Translations under genes and position numbers: made by a program
From: an uncultured Bacteroidota bacterium
GTDB taxonomy: Bacteria > Bacteroidota > Bacteroidia > Bacteroidales > WCHB1-69
DNA length: 64,000 nucleotides
Assembly (NCBI GenBank): GCA_902786595.1
Contig: CADADB010000015.1
Coordinates: 941-64,940, forward strand
Direction: 5' to 3'
The notes under the pieces: model-generated
What the model saw: the letters and a program-made list of their open reading frames with translations, nothing else
Told to the model about the DNA's origin: nothing
The model's database searches: none
Shown here: positions 48,044 to 59,000 of the stretch, piece after piece
Position numbering within the stretch: the stretch's first letter is position 1
How the letters are laid out: the number at the start of each line of letters is the position of its first letter

Positions 48044-49297
48044 ATGGAAAAAATATACGAAAAATACCAACAAACCTCAGGTGTCTGCACCGATAGCCGC
48101 AATCTGATGCCAGACTGCCTCTTCGTGTGCCTGAAAGGGGCCAACTTCGACGGGAATAAGTTTGCCGCTGAGGTACTGGAGCAAGGCGCCAAGTATGTCA
48201 TCACCGAGAACCGCGATTTGCAGGAAAATCCCCGCGCTATCGTCGTGGATGACGCGCTGAAAACACTGCAACAGTTAGCGCACTATCACCGTCAGCAGCT
48301 GAAAATGCCCTTCATCGGTATCACGGGCACGAACGGCAAGACCACCACGAAGGAATTGATAAACGCCGTGTTGTCAACCACTTACAAGACCGCTTGCACC
48401 AAGGGGAACCTTAACAATCACATCGGGGTGCCGCTGACACTGCTCTCCATCAAGCCGACGGATGAGATGGCCATCGTGGAGATGGGTGCGAACCATGTCG
48501 GGGAAATCGATGACCTTTGCAAGATCGCCGACCCCACCTTCGGTCTCATCACCAACATCGGGGTGGCGCACATCGAAGGTTTCGGCTCCAAAGAGAATAT
48601 CATCAAGACGAAAAAAGCGTTGTATGAGCATGTTATAGCCAACAAAGGGACGCTGTTTGTCAATGAGACAGATGAGGTTTTGCGGCAAAATCTGACCTAT
48701 GATAAGATTATCTTTTACGGGAAGGATGCTGAAAAACAGATTGTGTCGATGAATCCCTATTTGCGGATTCGCGTTGGGGAGGTCGAAGTGGACACGCATC
48801 TGACCGGAAGCTACAACATCTGGAACTTCATGGCAGCGGCGGCGGTCGGTCGTTACTTCCACATTTCAGATGATGTAATAGCCAAAGCATTAGGCGATTA
48901 TGTGCCGTCTAACCACCGTTCGCAGGTAAACCGCATCGGTAGCAACGTCATCATTTCCGACTATTACAACGCCAACCTAACCAGTATGACGGCCGCGCTG
49001 AAGAATCTGGCGCAGTTGGAGCATCCCCGTAAGGTGGCCGTGTTGGGAGACATGCGGGAACTTGGCGATTTGAGTGTGGAAGCCCATACTGAAATTTCAC
49101 AATTGGTTGAAAATCTGCATATTGAAGGATATTTTGTAGGAACAGAATTTGGCAAAGTGGTAAAGCAAAATAACTTCGTGGATGTGGAAGAGGCAAACGA
49201 CTATTTTACGAAATATCCGTTAGAGGATGCCATGATCTTAATCAAGGGTTCCAACAGTATGCACCTCAACAAATTAACCGCAATTCTCGAATCATGA
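48044..49297 (+). CDS. murF: UDP-N-acetylmuramoyl-tripeptide--D-alanyl-D-alanine ligase
   Basis: GITGTNGKTTTKE P-loop and MGANHVGEI. Start trimmed to the ATG at 48044 (MEKIYEKYQQTSGVCTDSR). Confidence 0.9.
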   Translation: MEKIYEKYQQTSGVCTDSRNLMPDCLFVCLKGANFDGNKFAAEVLEQGAKYVITENRDLQENPRAIVVDDALKTLQQLAHYHRQQLKMPFIGITGTNGKTTTKELINAVLSTTYKTACTKGNLNNHIGVPLTLLSIKPTDEMAIVEMGANHVGEIDDLCKIADPTFGLITNIGVAHIEGFGSKENIIKTKKALYEHVIANKGTLFVNETDEVLRQNLTYDKIIFYGKDAEKQIVSMNPYLRIRVGEVEVDTHLTGSYNIWNFMAAAAVGRYFHISDDVIAKALGDYVPSNHRSQVNRIGSNVIISDYYNANLTSMTAALKNLAQLEHPRKVAVLGDMRELGDLSVEAHTEISQLVENLHIEGYFVGTEFGKVVKQNNFVDVEEANDYFTKYPLEDAMILIKGSNSMHLNKLTAILES

Positions 49298-50358
49298 AGA
49301 ATGAATGGGACGGCATTGGTGTCATGTCCGGCACCTCGTTGGACGGCATCGATTTGGCATGGTGCCACTTTTCCCGGAAGGAGGATGGCAGATGGGATTA
49401 CCGTATTGAAAAAGCGGTTACAGTTCCCTATTCCGATGATTTCCGTCATCGGTTGTCCAATGCACAGGAACTTTCTGCCTTAGAGTACGTTAAGCTGAAC
49501 AACGATATAGCGGTGATTTTCGCGAAAGCCATTAATGACTGGTTGGGCGATGGTTCGCGACCGGATTTCATTGCCTCGCACGGGCACACCGTTTTCCACC
49601 AACCGGAAATCGGCTTGACCACACAGATCGGCAACGGGGCGATATTGGCTGCACAGACTAAGATCTTGACGGTTTGTGATTTCCGCACCAAAGACGTGGC
49701 GTTGGGCGGTCAGGGCGCACCGTTAGTGCCCATTGGCGACGAACTGCTCTTCGGTGAATACGATGCATGTCTCAATTTGGGCGGCTTTTCCAATATTTCG
49801 TATCGTGTGGATAATAAGCGTATTGCTTACGATATCTCACCCTGTAACATGGCATTGAACCAGTTGGCCATTTTCGCGGGATTGCCTTACGACAAAGACG
49901 GCCAACTTTCAAAATGCGGCCGAATTCTTCCCGAGTTGTTGCAAAAACTGAACGATTTGGGATATTATCATCAAGAACCGCCAAAGTCTTTGGGAAAAGA
50001 GTGGTATGAAAATACTTTTCACCCTGTTTTGGAGCAGTTTTTAGACAATAATGCTGTTGCCGATGTTGCTCGAACGGTAGTCGAACACATCGCCATGCAG
50101 ATTGTCGCGAATATTCCTGAAACTGCCCAGATCTTGCTCATCACTGGCGGCGGCGCGCATCATCATTTCTTGATTCAACAAATTCAGAATCAAAAAGATG
50201 CGTTAAAGATTGTCGTGCCGGATAATTTGATTGTCGATTACAAAGAGGCCTTGATTTTTGCATTTTTAGGATTGCTCCGACTGAACGAAGAGAATAACTG
50301 TCTGCGCAGCGTGACGGGCGCCTGCGAGGACTGCTGCGGGGGCTGCGTGTATATTTGA
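49294..50358 (+). CDS. anmK: Anhydro-N-acetylmuramic acid kinase
   Basis: GVMSGTSLDGIDLA and DVALGGQGAPLVP. Its start overlaps the murF stop (ATGA). Confidence 0.9.
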   Translation: MKNEWDGIGVMSGTSLDGIDLAWCHFSRKEDGRWDYRIEKAVTVPYSDDFRHRLSNAQELSALEYVKLNNDIAVIFAKAINDWLGDGSRPDFIASHGHTVFHQPEIGLTTQIGNGAILAAQTKILTVCDFRTKDVALGGQGAPLVPIGDELLFGEYDACLNLGGFSNISYRVDNKRIAYDISPCNMALNQLAIFAGLPYDKDGQLSKCGRILPELLQKLNDLGYYHQEPPKSLGKEWYENTFHPVLEQFLDNNAVADVARTVVEHIAMQIVANIPETAQILLITGGGAHHHFLIQQIQNQKDALKIVVPDNLIVDYKEALIFAFLGLLRLNEENNCLRSVTGACEDCCGGCVYI

Positions 50359-50362
50359 AATT

Positions 50363-50390
50363 GTAGAGTCGTTTCATGAAACGTCTCTAC
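50363..50390. repeat. 28-bp palindrome, copy 2 (1 mismatch): GTAGAGTCGTTTCATGAAACGTCTCTAC
   Basis: It starts 5 nt after the anmK TGA. Confidence 0.9.
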
Positions 50391-50394
50391 TTAA

Positions 50395-50422
50395 CTAATC
50401 ACTATTGCCTATTGCCTAAAAT
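50395..50422. repeat. Heptamer array CTAWTSM x4
   Basis: ctaatca ctattgc ctattgc ctaaaat. Confidence 0.75.
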
Positions 50423-50426
50423 TTTC

Positions 50427-50434
50427 TACCTTTG
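50427..50434 (+). promoter_or_regulatory. -7 box TACCTTTG
   Basis: TAnnTTTG match, 30 nt upstream of the ATG at 50464. Confidence 0.5.
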
Positions 50435-50463
50435 CATTTTCTTAACCGTATTGCCAAAATTCT

Positions 50464-51234
50464 ATGAACCAGATTATTACCCTTTTAAGTGATTGGCGGT
50501 TGCGCGATCCATACGTGGCGATGCTCAAAGGCAGAATCCTGCAGTGCTTGCCTGACGCGCAAGTCATAGACATCACCCATTATGTGGATAAATTCAACAC
50601 CCTTCAGACGGCATTGCTGATGAAAACCAGTTATGCTTCGTTTCCCGAGGGTACTATCCATTTGATTTTGACCAACATGTCGCTGAATTCCACATTTTCC
50701 CCTGTGTTGCTTTCTCACGATGGCCATTATTTCATAGGGGAGGATAATGGCGTGTTTCATTTGATGTTTGGCCAATTTGGTTTGTTAAAAGGGTTGCAAT
50801 TGTCTGAAAATAAAGGGGATACTTTATCTCAGATGATGTTGTTGGCCAAAGCGATAAAAGAAGATAAATTAAGCCAGTTCACCACAGAGTATGCGCAATT
50901 CAAGCGGATGTTTGTGGAACTTCCCGATCATGAAGCAGATAACAAACAGATGGAGGGTCATATCATTTATGTGGATGCCTTTAACAATGCCATTACAGAT
51001 ATACCCACTCAGATGTTTGAAAAAGCGGTTCACAGCAGACCGTTTACGGCCACGATATTATCCAAAGGAACATGGACGGTGTCGAAGTATTTTGAGGGAT
51101 ACCGTATGTCAGAAGGAGAGATGTTCTTGTGTGGCAATGCATTAGGGTTGATTGAAATTGCCGCATACCAGTCTGACGTGGCTGTGTTGGCTGATCTAGA
51201 ACCCGGAGACAAAATCATCATCAAGTACGAGTAA
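50464..51234 (+). CDS. SAM hydroxide adenosyltransferase family protein (DUF62; fluorinase/chlorinase-like fold)
   Basis: N-terminal ITLLSDWRLRDPYVAMLKG resembles the family TDFG..D.YVG.MKG signature; 256 aa. Confidence 0.65.
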   Translation: MNQIITLLSDWRLRDPYVAMLKGRILQCLPDAQVIDITHYVDKFNTLQTALLMKTSYASFPEGTIHLILTNMSLNSTFSPVLLSHDGHYFIGEDNGVFHLMFGQFGLLKGLQLSENKGDTLSQMMLLAKAIKEDKLSQFTTEYAQFKRMFVELPDHEADNKQMEGHIIYVDAFNNAITDIPTQMFEKAVHSRPFTATILSKGTWTVSKYFEGYRMSEGEMFLCGNALGLIEIAAYQSDVAVLADLEPGDKIIIKYE

Positions 51235-51235
51235 A

Positions 51236-52012
51236 ATGATAACGATTGGATTAGTGCAGGCCGACATTAAGCCCTTCAACAAGAAGGGGAATTTGGCTCA
51301 TTATATGTCGTGGATGGAGAGTGCGATTCAGGAACCGGTACATCTATTGGTTTTCCCTGAAATGTTTAACTGCGGTTTTTCGCCTGATATACAATCGGAT
51401 GCGGAACCGGACAATGGTGACAGTATCTTTTTTCTGTACATGATTGCGAACAAGTTCCAATGTGATGTGGTGGCAACCCTGCCAATCAAATATAACGGAC
51501 TGTTATATAACAAGTTGGTGTGGTTTTCCCGGGATCGAATCTTAGGCAGTTACCAAAAACACCATCTGTTTATGGGAGAAGAGGAGTTTTTTACTCCCGG
51601 AACGGAAAAAACAATTGTCAATACGCTGGGTTATAAGTTCTTACCACTTATCTGCTTCGATGTACGTTTTCCGGAATGGAGTCGCAACCAGGTAAACAAC
51701 GGGGTTTTTGATTATGACTGTTTGGTCTATACGGCCAATTTTCCTGCGCCCAGGGAACGTGAGTTGCTCACGTTGGCGCAGGCGCGGGCTATTGAGAACC
51801 AGTCATACGCCATCGTGGTGAACCGTGTGGGCACCGACGGCTATCAGCGGGACTATGCAGGCGGTTGTGCCATCATCAATCCGCATGGTGAAATCGAGGC
51901 CCAAACCAAGACGAATCGCGAAGAGATTTTGATCCATTCTTGCGATTTTGATTCCGTTTTTGCGCTAAGAGAGGCGTTCCCAGTGTCCAAATTTTGGAAA
52001 ATAACAGAGTGA
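51236..52012 (+). CDS. Carbon-nitrogen hydrolase (nitrilase superfamily amidohydrolase)
   Basis: Glu in LLVFPEMF and Cys in PLICFDVRFPEW; 1-nt gap from the upstream gene. Confidence 0.8.
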   Translation: MITIGLVQADIKPFNKKGNLAHYMSWMESAIQEPVHLLVFPEMFNCGFSPDIQSDAEPDNGDSIFFLYMIANKFQCDVVATLPIKYNGLLYNKLVWFSRDRILGSYQKHHLFMGEEEFFTPGTEKTIVNTLGYKFLPLICFDVRFPEWSRNQVNNGVFDYDCLVYTANFPAPRERELLTLAQARAIENQSYAIVVNRVGTDGYQRDYAGGCAIINPHGEIEAQTKTNREEILIHSCDFDSVFALREAFPVSKFWKITE

Positions 52013-52087
52013 AAAGTTTTATAAACAATTGTATGTCAATTTTTTATAAAAATATTTCAAAAAATATCCGAGAATAAGAAAAAAGTG

Positions 52088-52095
52088 TATATTTG
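52088..52095 (+). promoter_or_regulatory. -7 box TATATTTG for tRNA-Phe
   Basis: TAnnTTTG match, 19 nt upstream of the tRNA 5' end. Confidence 0.5.
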
Positions 52096-52113
52096 CAGCC
52101 TCAAACCAACGAT

Positions 52114-52186
<73 letters not shown>

Positions 52187-52187
52187 C

Positions 52188-52216
52188 AAGCCCCGAAATT
52201 TTCGGGGCTTTTTTTG
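52188..52216 (+). terminator. Intrinsic terminator after tRNA-Phe
   Basis: aagccccgaa-att-ttcggggctt followed by a T-run. Confidence 0.8.
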
Positions 52217-52225
52217 TTTTCGTTA

Positions 52226-52253
52226 GTAGAGACGTTTCAGGAAACGTCTCTAT
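52226..52253. repeat. 28-bp palindrome, copy 3 (centre variant): GTAGAGACGTTTCAGGAAACGTCTCTAT
   Basis: The arms tagagacgtttc / gaaacgtctcta are intact. Confidence 0.85.
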
Positions 52254-52293
52254 AACGGTAAATTCATTTGTCCGCGTGTATTCGTAATTTGTG

Positions 52294-52301
52294 TACATTT
52301 G
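52294..52301 (+). promoter_or_regulatory. -7 box TACATTTG for gldF-gldG
   Basis: TAnnTTTG match, 20 nt upstream of the ATG at 52321. Confidence 0.5.
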
Positions 52302-52320
52302 CCAAATTTTTTTGATAAGT

Positions 52321-53052
52321 ATGTTTAGTCTGTATATCAAAGAATTAAAAGCATTCTTAAGCTCGATTATCGGTTACATTTTCATCGGGGTCTTCCTGAT
52401 TGTCTCCGGTTTGTTTATCTGGGTTTTCCCGAACGTGAACAATGTGTTGGAATCAGGATTGGCAGATTTGCAGGGACTTTTCAATCTTTCGCAGTTTCTG
52501 TTCCTCTTCTTGGTGCCAGCCATCACGATGCGTTCTTTCGCGGAGGAGAAACGCACGGGCACGATGGACTTTCTGCTCACCCTCCCTCTTACCGACATGC
52601 AGATTGTGTGGGCGAAATTCCTCGCCTGCTTCACCTTGCTGGTCATTGCTCTTCTGCCGACGCTCGTTTATGTGATAACAGTCTATTGGATAGGCAATCC
52701 TGTAGGTAACCTTGACATGGGCAGCACCTGGGGCTCTTACCTCGGTCTGCTTTTCCTCGGCGCTTCCTTCATTGCCGTTGGTTTGTTTTCTTCCAGCATC
52801 ACTAACAACCAGATTGTGGCATTTATCATTGCCGCATTGCTCTGCTTTATTCTATCCTTTGCATTTGCGTTTATCTACTCCTTCGAAGCGCTTGGAAATT
52901 TCGGCTACTACTTGAAGACCTTAGGCATTGAACATCATTATGCTTCTATCAGCCAGGGCGTTATCGACACCCGCGATGTTTTCTACTTCTGTAGTGTCAT
53001 TTTCATTTTTCTTTATGCCACCCGTTTGGTTTTATTGAGTCGTAAATGGTAA
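52321..53052 (+). CDS. gldF: ABC-2 type transporter permease, GldF-like
   Basis: 243 aa with 6 hydrophobic helices, immediately followed by and overlapping a GldG-like gene. Start trimmed to the ATG at 52321. Confidence 0.65.
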   Translation: MFSLYIKELKAFLSSIIGYIFIGVFLIVSGLFIWVFPNVNNVLESGLADLQGLFNLSQFLFLFLVPAITMRSFAEEKRTGTMDFLLTLPLTDMQIVWAKFLACFTLLVIALLPTLVYVITVYWIGNPVGNLDMGSTWGSYLGLLFLGASFIAVGLFSSSITNNQIVAFIIAALLCFILSFAFAFIYSFEALGNFGYYLKTLGIEHHYASISQGVIDTRDVFYFCSVIFIFLYATRLVLLSRKW

Positions 53053-54827
53053 ATCGGAACATCATGGGCAAAAACATCAATATACAGAGCAAACAATTTA
53101 AAAGACGCACTCTTCTTGGGCTTCTGGCCGTCATCGGGATTGTCGTCGTAGTGAATGTTCTCTCCTCGTTTTTCTTTTATCGCATTGATTTGACGAAAGA
53201 CAAGCGTCATTCGCTGTCGAAGAGCACCATTGAGATGTTGAAGAATCTGGAGGATCGTGTCTATTTCCGTGTCTATCTCAAAGGCAAGGATCAACCTGCA
53301 GATTATCAACTTTTTGCAAAGCAGGTTGAACAGATGTTGCAGACCTTCCGCAGCTATTCCAAAAACGTCTATTATGAGTTTATTGACCCGATAGAGGGCA
53401 AGACGAATGAGGAGGTGAACGGCATTTTGGGTGAGTTTGTGAAGAAGGGGCTGGAGCCGATTCCCATCAGCCGTGAGGATGCGGGCGGATATTCCACGCA
53501 CGTGGTCATTCCCGGAGCCATCGTCTCTTACCGTAACCGTGAGTATCCCGCCAAAGTGGTGGTGGCCGACCCTTCCGGTGCCGACTGGCTGAAGTACTCC
53601 AACGAAGAGCTGGAATACAACTTGGTGGCTCCCGTGCGCCGCCTTTTGAAGACGGAGAAACCGAAAGTGGCCTATTTGGACGGACATGGTGAGTTGGACT
53701 TTTGGAACACCTGCTGGACGGCCATGCAGTTGCAGCGGTTCTATAACGTGACCCGTATCACGCTGGATGGCAAAATTAACGCGTTGCGTAATATTTCCAT
53801 TGATGACACGGTCTCTGGGAATCTGGTGCTTGGGGATAACAGGTACGATGTCCTGATCGTGGCGCAGCCCACTCAACCATTCAAGGAGTACGATAAATAC
53901 GTTATCGACCAGTTTATTATGCGCGGTGGCAAGGTGTTGTGGCTCATTGACAACACCACCGCTTCTTTGGACAGTCTAAGGGCTGCGCCAGAGTTCTTCG
54001 CCACCCCGAGAGCGTTGTATATCAACGACTTGTTCTTTACTTACGGTGTGCGTTTTAACACGGATTTGATCCAGGATCTGAGTTGTCTGCCGGTGCCGCA
54101 GCAGGTGAGTATCATCGGTGACCAACCGCAATACAAGTTCATGGTCTTCCCGTATTGCCTTGATATTGTGAACTTTGGCAACCACCCAATCGTCCGTAAC
54201 CTGAAAGATATCAAGTCTGATTTTGCCGGCAGTATCGATTTGGTGGGCAATAACGCTGACCTTACAAAGACGGTGCTGATGACCACTTCGGAACGTACCA
54301 AGGTGGTGCCGACACCTTCCATCGTGACCTTGCGGGTGGGGTTGGTGAAGCCGAACCTTCAGGAATACTCCTATCGCAATGTTCCGATAGCTGTGTTGGT
54401 GGAGGGTAACTTCCAGTCTGCATTCAAAGGGATTTTACCTGTTGAATTCGACACTATCAAAGAGTTGGATTACCGCGACCATAGTGAATACACCCGCCAG
54501 ATTTTCGTCTCCGACGGCGACATCATCCGCAATCCTTTCGACAGCAAACGCAACCAGCCCTATCCGGCCGGTTATGATATCTACACCCGCCAGACTTTCG
54601 ATAATACGGAGTTTATCGTGAACTGCGTCAACTATTTGTGTGCGGATGATGACCTGCTGCAACTTCGCGCCAAGAATTTCAAGATTGGTTCGTTGAATAG
54701 CGAGAAAGTCCGCAACCATAAAGTGTTGCTGGCTGCACTCAACATCGGCATCCCGTTGTTGCTTATCGCACTGATGGGCACACTGCTGATTGTGATGCGG
54801 AAAGTGAAATTTTCAAAGAAACAGTAG
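53046..54827 (+). CDS. gldG: GldG-like ABC-transporter auxiliary protein
   Basis: N- and C-terminal TM anchors and a large periplasmic domain; ...FFYRIDLTKDKRHSLS... is typical of GldG. The start overlaps the gldF stop (alternative ATG at 53064). Confidence 0.65.
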   Translation: MVNRNIMGKNINIQSKQFKRRTLLGLLAVIGIVVVVNVLSSFFFYRIDLTKDKRHSLSKSTIEMLKNLEDRVYFRVYLKGKDQPADYQLFAKQVEQMLQTFRSYSKNVYYEFIDPIEGKTNEEVNGILGEFVKKGLEPIPISREDAGGYSTHVVIPGAIVSYRNREYPAKVVVADPSGADWLKYSNEELEYNLVAPVRRLLKTEKPKVAYLDGHGELDFWNTCWTAMQLQRFYNVTRITLDGKINALRNISIDDTVSGNLVLGDNRYDVLIVAQPTQPFKEYDKYVIDQFIMRGGKVLWLIDNTTASLDSLRAAPEFFATPRALYINDLFFTYGVRFNTDLIQDLSCLPVPQQVSIIGDQPQYKFMVFPYCLDIVNFGNHPIVRNLKDIKSDFAGSIDLVGNNADLTKTVLMTTSERTKVVPTPSIVTLRVGLVKPNLQEYSYRNVPIAVLVEGNFQSAFKGILPVEFDTIKELDYRDHSEYTRQIFVSDGDIIRNPFDSKRNQPYPAGYDIYTRQTFDNTEFIVNCVNYLCADDDLLQLRAKNFKIGSLNSEKVRNHKVLLAALNIGIPLLLIALMGTLLIVMRKVKFSKKQ

Positions 54828-54841
54828 ATGTTAGAAAACGA

Positions 54842-54914
54842 CTTTTAGCTCTTAGCGTTTGGCATTTTGGTCAAAAGCCAAAAGCCAATAGCCAAAAGCT
54901 AATAGCCAAAACGG
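54842..54914. repeat. Inverted word arrays of the AGCCAAA/AGCTAAT family
   Basis: Left arm cttttag ctcttag cgtttgg cattttgg; right arm aaaagcc aaaagcc aatagcc aaaagct aatagcc aaaacgg. It overlaps the glycosyltransferase stop and its last 5 codons. Confidence 0.8.
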
Positions 54915-56014
54915 CCGTAAATCTCTTCCAAAACCTTCTCTTCGTTCTCCCAAGTCAATTCTTGGGCGGCGGTTTTGCAATTCTCGCGACATTGGGAAAG
55001 CCGTTCCGGAACGGCCAGCTTTTTGACGGCTTGCGCGATGGATTCTGGTGTCACGGTTGAGGCAATCTCCCCGACATCATACTTTTTCACGATATTTGCC
55101 CGTTCCACCAAGTTGGAAACAACCATCGGCGTTCCGGCTTTGATGTACTCGAAAATCTTATTCGGCAAGCTGAAGCGAAGGTTTGCGCTTTGGTCGGTGT
55201 CGATGGCCATTCCGATGTCTGCCAAAGAGGTGTAGTTAAAGAGATTTTCGGGTGTTTGCCGAGGAACAAAAGTGATCCTATCTTGTAATTGCATTTGCTT
55301 CGTCCTCTCTTTCAGTTGCGGTATCACGGTCCCTTCACCAACAATAAACAGGTGATAATCAGGAAGATGTTGCATGGACTGAACAATTTCTTTCCCGCCG
55401 CGTCCTTCGTTGATGCCGGCGCCCTGTAACAACAGAACTGTCTTGTCTTCCGGCATTTGCAACGATTTGCGGGTAGCGGTAACAGAAAAAGAGCTTGCCG
55501 GCGGAATATTCCGCACCAGATAAGGGCGGATTCCGTATTCCTTTTCATACTGATCCACAATGGATTGGCTGACCGTGATGACCGTTTTCAGCTTTGGGAA
55601 ACAACGCTTTTCGATGCCATGCCATACCTTGTAAGAGATGGGTTTGCTGACAACAGACAGTTCGCCACAAAAATACTCATGGCTATCATAGACCAACTCT
55701 TTCTTCTGCCATTTACTGACCAAATAGTTTGGCAATAAGGTGTCTAAATCATTGGCTACCAATAAATCGCATTTCTTGAAAAGCAGATAAAGCAACAGAC
55801 GGAATTGATATTCCGCGTAGAAGAGAACACCGCGCCGGAAAAGCAGCCGCAGCCGTTTGGTTTTATAGGGACGTGGTGCCAGTACTGGGGAATCGCCATA
55901 GCAACGACCTACGAGTGTGACATCAAAGCCCTTTTTGTGAAGAAAAAGGGACATTTTGTCCATCCGTTGGTCGGTGTAGAGATCTTCGGTGACCGAGAGG
56001 ATGACGCGTTTCAT
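54899..56014 (-). CDS. Glycosyltransferase, GT-B fold (family 1/4-like)
   Basis: 371 aa. C-terminal half has an E-x7-E-like FEYIKAGTPMVVSN. The start overlaps the secA stop (TAATG). Confidence 0.75.
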   Translation of the reverse strand: MKRVILSVTEDLYTDQRMDKMSLFLHKKGFDVTLVGRCYGDSPVLAPRPYKTKRLRLLFRRGVLFYAEYQFRLLLYLLFKKCDLLVANDLDTLLPNYLVSKWQKKELVYDSHEYFCGELSVVSKPISYKVWHGIEKRCFPKLKTVITVSQSIVDQYEKEYGIRPYLVRNIPPASSFSVTATRKSLQMPEDKTVLLLQGAGINEGRGGKEIVQSMQHLPDYHLFIVGEGTVIPQLKERTKQMQLQDRITFVPRQTPENLFNYTSLADIGMAIDTDQSANLRFSLPNKIFEYIKAGTPMVVSNLVERANIVKKYDVGEIASTVTPESIAQAVKKLAVPERLSQCRENCKTAAQELTWENEEKVLEEIYGRFGY

Positions 56015-59000
56015 TATTCAGCCGACTCGAATCTTCCGTGGCAGTTTTTGTATTTCTTGCCGCTGCCGCAAGGGCAGGGGTCGTTCCGGCCAACCTTCTT
56101 CTCGACACGGATAGGTTCGTTAGCGGGTTTTCCGGGAGCCACCTGACGGCCACGCATCTCCTGCCGACCGGTCTGCAGCTTCTTGGCGTCTGACTCGGGC
56201 AGCTTCGCCTCTTTCAGCTCGGTCTCTTCCACGATGGGTAACTTGCCGATATTCAGGAAAGTGACAATTTCCTCGCTGATGCGGACGAGCAACTGGTCGA
56301 AGAGGTTGAAGGATTCGAGTTTGTAAATCAACAGCGGATCTTTCTGCTCGTAAGAGGCGTTTTGCACGCTCTCCTTGAGGTCGTCCATGGCGCGGAGATG
56401 CTCTTTCCAAGCGTTATCAATGACGGCGAGGGTGATGCCTTTCTCGAAGGAGAGACCCACCTCACGGCCTTGGGTTTCGTAGCATTTCTTCAACGGCGCC
56501 ACAATGTTGATGGTCTTCTTGCCGTCGGTGAAGGGGATGGCGATGTTCTGGAAACGGTCGCCATGTTCCAGATAGACGCGCTCAATGACCGGATAGGCCT
56601 GTTCTGCAATCTTCTGCAATTTGGCTTTATAATGGTCATAAACGACAGGGTAGAGCTTCTCCACCAGCGTGCCTTGACGCTCTTGCATGAAATATTGTTC
56701 GTCAAACGGTGATTCGCAGCCGAACGTACGGATCATGGACATCTTGAAGTATTCGAAATCTTTCGCCTCCCAAGCGTCGGCCACGAGTGTTTCGCATACG
56801 TCATGAACCATTTGGGCAATATCGATGGCCAAGCGGTCGCCGAAGAGGGCATTGCGGCGTTTACGGTAAATTGTGGAACGCTGCTTGTTCATCACGTCGT
56901 CGTATTCCAACAGACGCTTACGGATGCCGAAGTTGTTCTCCTCGACTTTCTTCTGGGCGCGCTCGATGGACTTGGAAATCATGCTGTGCTGGATCACATC
57001 ACCGTCTTGGTGACCCATGCTGTCCATGACTTTCGCGATACGGTCGGAGCCGAACAGACGCATGAGGTCGTCCTCCAAGGAGACGAAGAACTGGGAGCTG
57101 CCGGGATCGCCCTGACGGCCGGCACGACCGCGCAACTGACGGTCAACGCGGCGGGAGTCGTGGCGTTCTGTGCCGATGATGGCCAAACCGCCTTTCTCAC
57201 GCACTTCTGGAGTCAGCTTGATATCGGTACCACGACCGGCCATGTTGGTGGCGATGGTGACGGTGCCTTCGCGACCGGCTTCTGCCACAATGTCAGCCTC
57301 CTTCTTGTGCAACTTGGCATTCAAGACATTGTGCTGTATATGTCTGCGGGTTAAGATGTTGGATAACAACTCGGAAATTTCGACTGAGGTGGTACCCACC
57401 AATACGGGTCTGCCCATTTCGTGCAAACGCAAAATCTCATCCACTACGGCGGCATACTTCTCACGTTTGGTCTTATAGACCAGGTCATCAGCATCCACAC
57501 GGATAACCGGCTTGTTAGTCGGAATCACCACAACATCAAGTTTGTAGATGTTCCAGAACTCGCCCGCTTCCGTTTCAGCGGTACCGGTCATGCCGGCTAA
57601 CTTCTTGTACATGCGGAAGTAGTTCTGCAGGGTGATGGTGGCATACGTCTGCGTGGCGGCTTCCACCTTCACATTCTCCTTTGCCTCGATAGCTTGGTGC
57701 AAACCGTCGGAGTAGCGGCGGCCCTCCATGATACGGCCAGTCTGCTCATCCACAATCTTCACCTTGTTGTCGATGATGACGTATTCCACATCCTTGTCGA
57801 ACATGGTGTAGGCTTTCAGCAGCTGGTGGACGGTGTGGATGCGGTCGGAAGCGATGGCGTAGTTGTTATAGATTTCCTCCTTGCGGGCCAGTTTCTCGTC
57901 AGAAGTGAGGTTTTCCTTCTCCAATTCGGCGATTTGGGCACCCACATCGGGCATGATGAACATCTTGGCCTCGTCGGCATCCTTGCTGATGAGGTCAATA
58001 CCCTTATCCATAATATCAACCGTGTTGAGCTTCTCCTCAATCACGAAATAGAGTTCGTCATCGATGAGGTGCATGTTGCGGTTCTGGTCCTGCATGAAGA
58101 AGGATTCCGTGCGTTGCAGCACCTGTTTCATACCGGGTTCGCTCAGGAACTTGATGAGCGCTTTGTTCTTCGGCAGACCGCGGTGGGCGCGGAGCAGCAG
58201 CATGGCGCTTTCGTCCTGCGGTTTCGGATCGGGGTTCTCGGCCAGCATCTTCTTGGCCTGCGTGAGGATTTGCGCCACGTAGGTGCGCTGGGCCTCATAC
58301 AGCTTTTGCACGATGGGCTTGTACTGGTCGAAAGCCTGCTGGTCACCTTTGGGCGTGGGACCGGAGATGATCAACGGGGTACGGGCATCGTCGATCAACA
58401 CGGAGTCCACCTCATCGACGATGGCGTAGTTATGCGGACGTTGCACGAGCTCGCCAATGTTGCGGGCCATGTTGTCACGCAAGTAGTCGAAACCGAACTC
58501 GTTGTTGGTACCGTATGTGATGTCGGCGTTGTAGGCGCGGCGGCGGTCATCGGAGTTGGGCTCGTGCTTGTCGATGCAATCCACGGTGAGGCCGAGGAAT
58601 TCGTAAAGCAGACCCATCCACTCGGAGTCACGTTTGGCCAGGTAGTCGTTGACAGTGACCACGTGGACGCCTTTGCCTGGCAGTGCGTTCAGATAGACGG
58701 GCAGGGTGGCGACGAGGGTTTTACCCTCACCAGTAGCCATCTCGGCGATTTTACCTTGGTGGAGCACGATACCGCCGATGAGCTGCACGTCATAGTGGCA
58801 CATGTCCCATTGAATCATGTTGCCGCCGGCCATCCAGCGGTTCTGGTAGATGGCCTTGTCGCCTTCAATGGTGACGCATTCGCGTCTGGCGGCCAGGTCG
58901 CGGTCGTGTTGCGTGGCCGTCACGGTGATGGTCTCGTTCTCCTTGAAGCGGCGGGCGGTCTCCTTCATCACCGAGAAGGCCTCGGGCAGAATGTCGTTGA

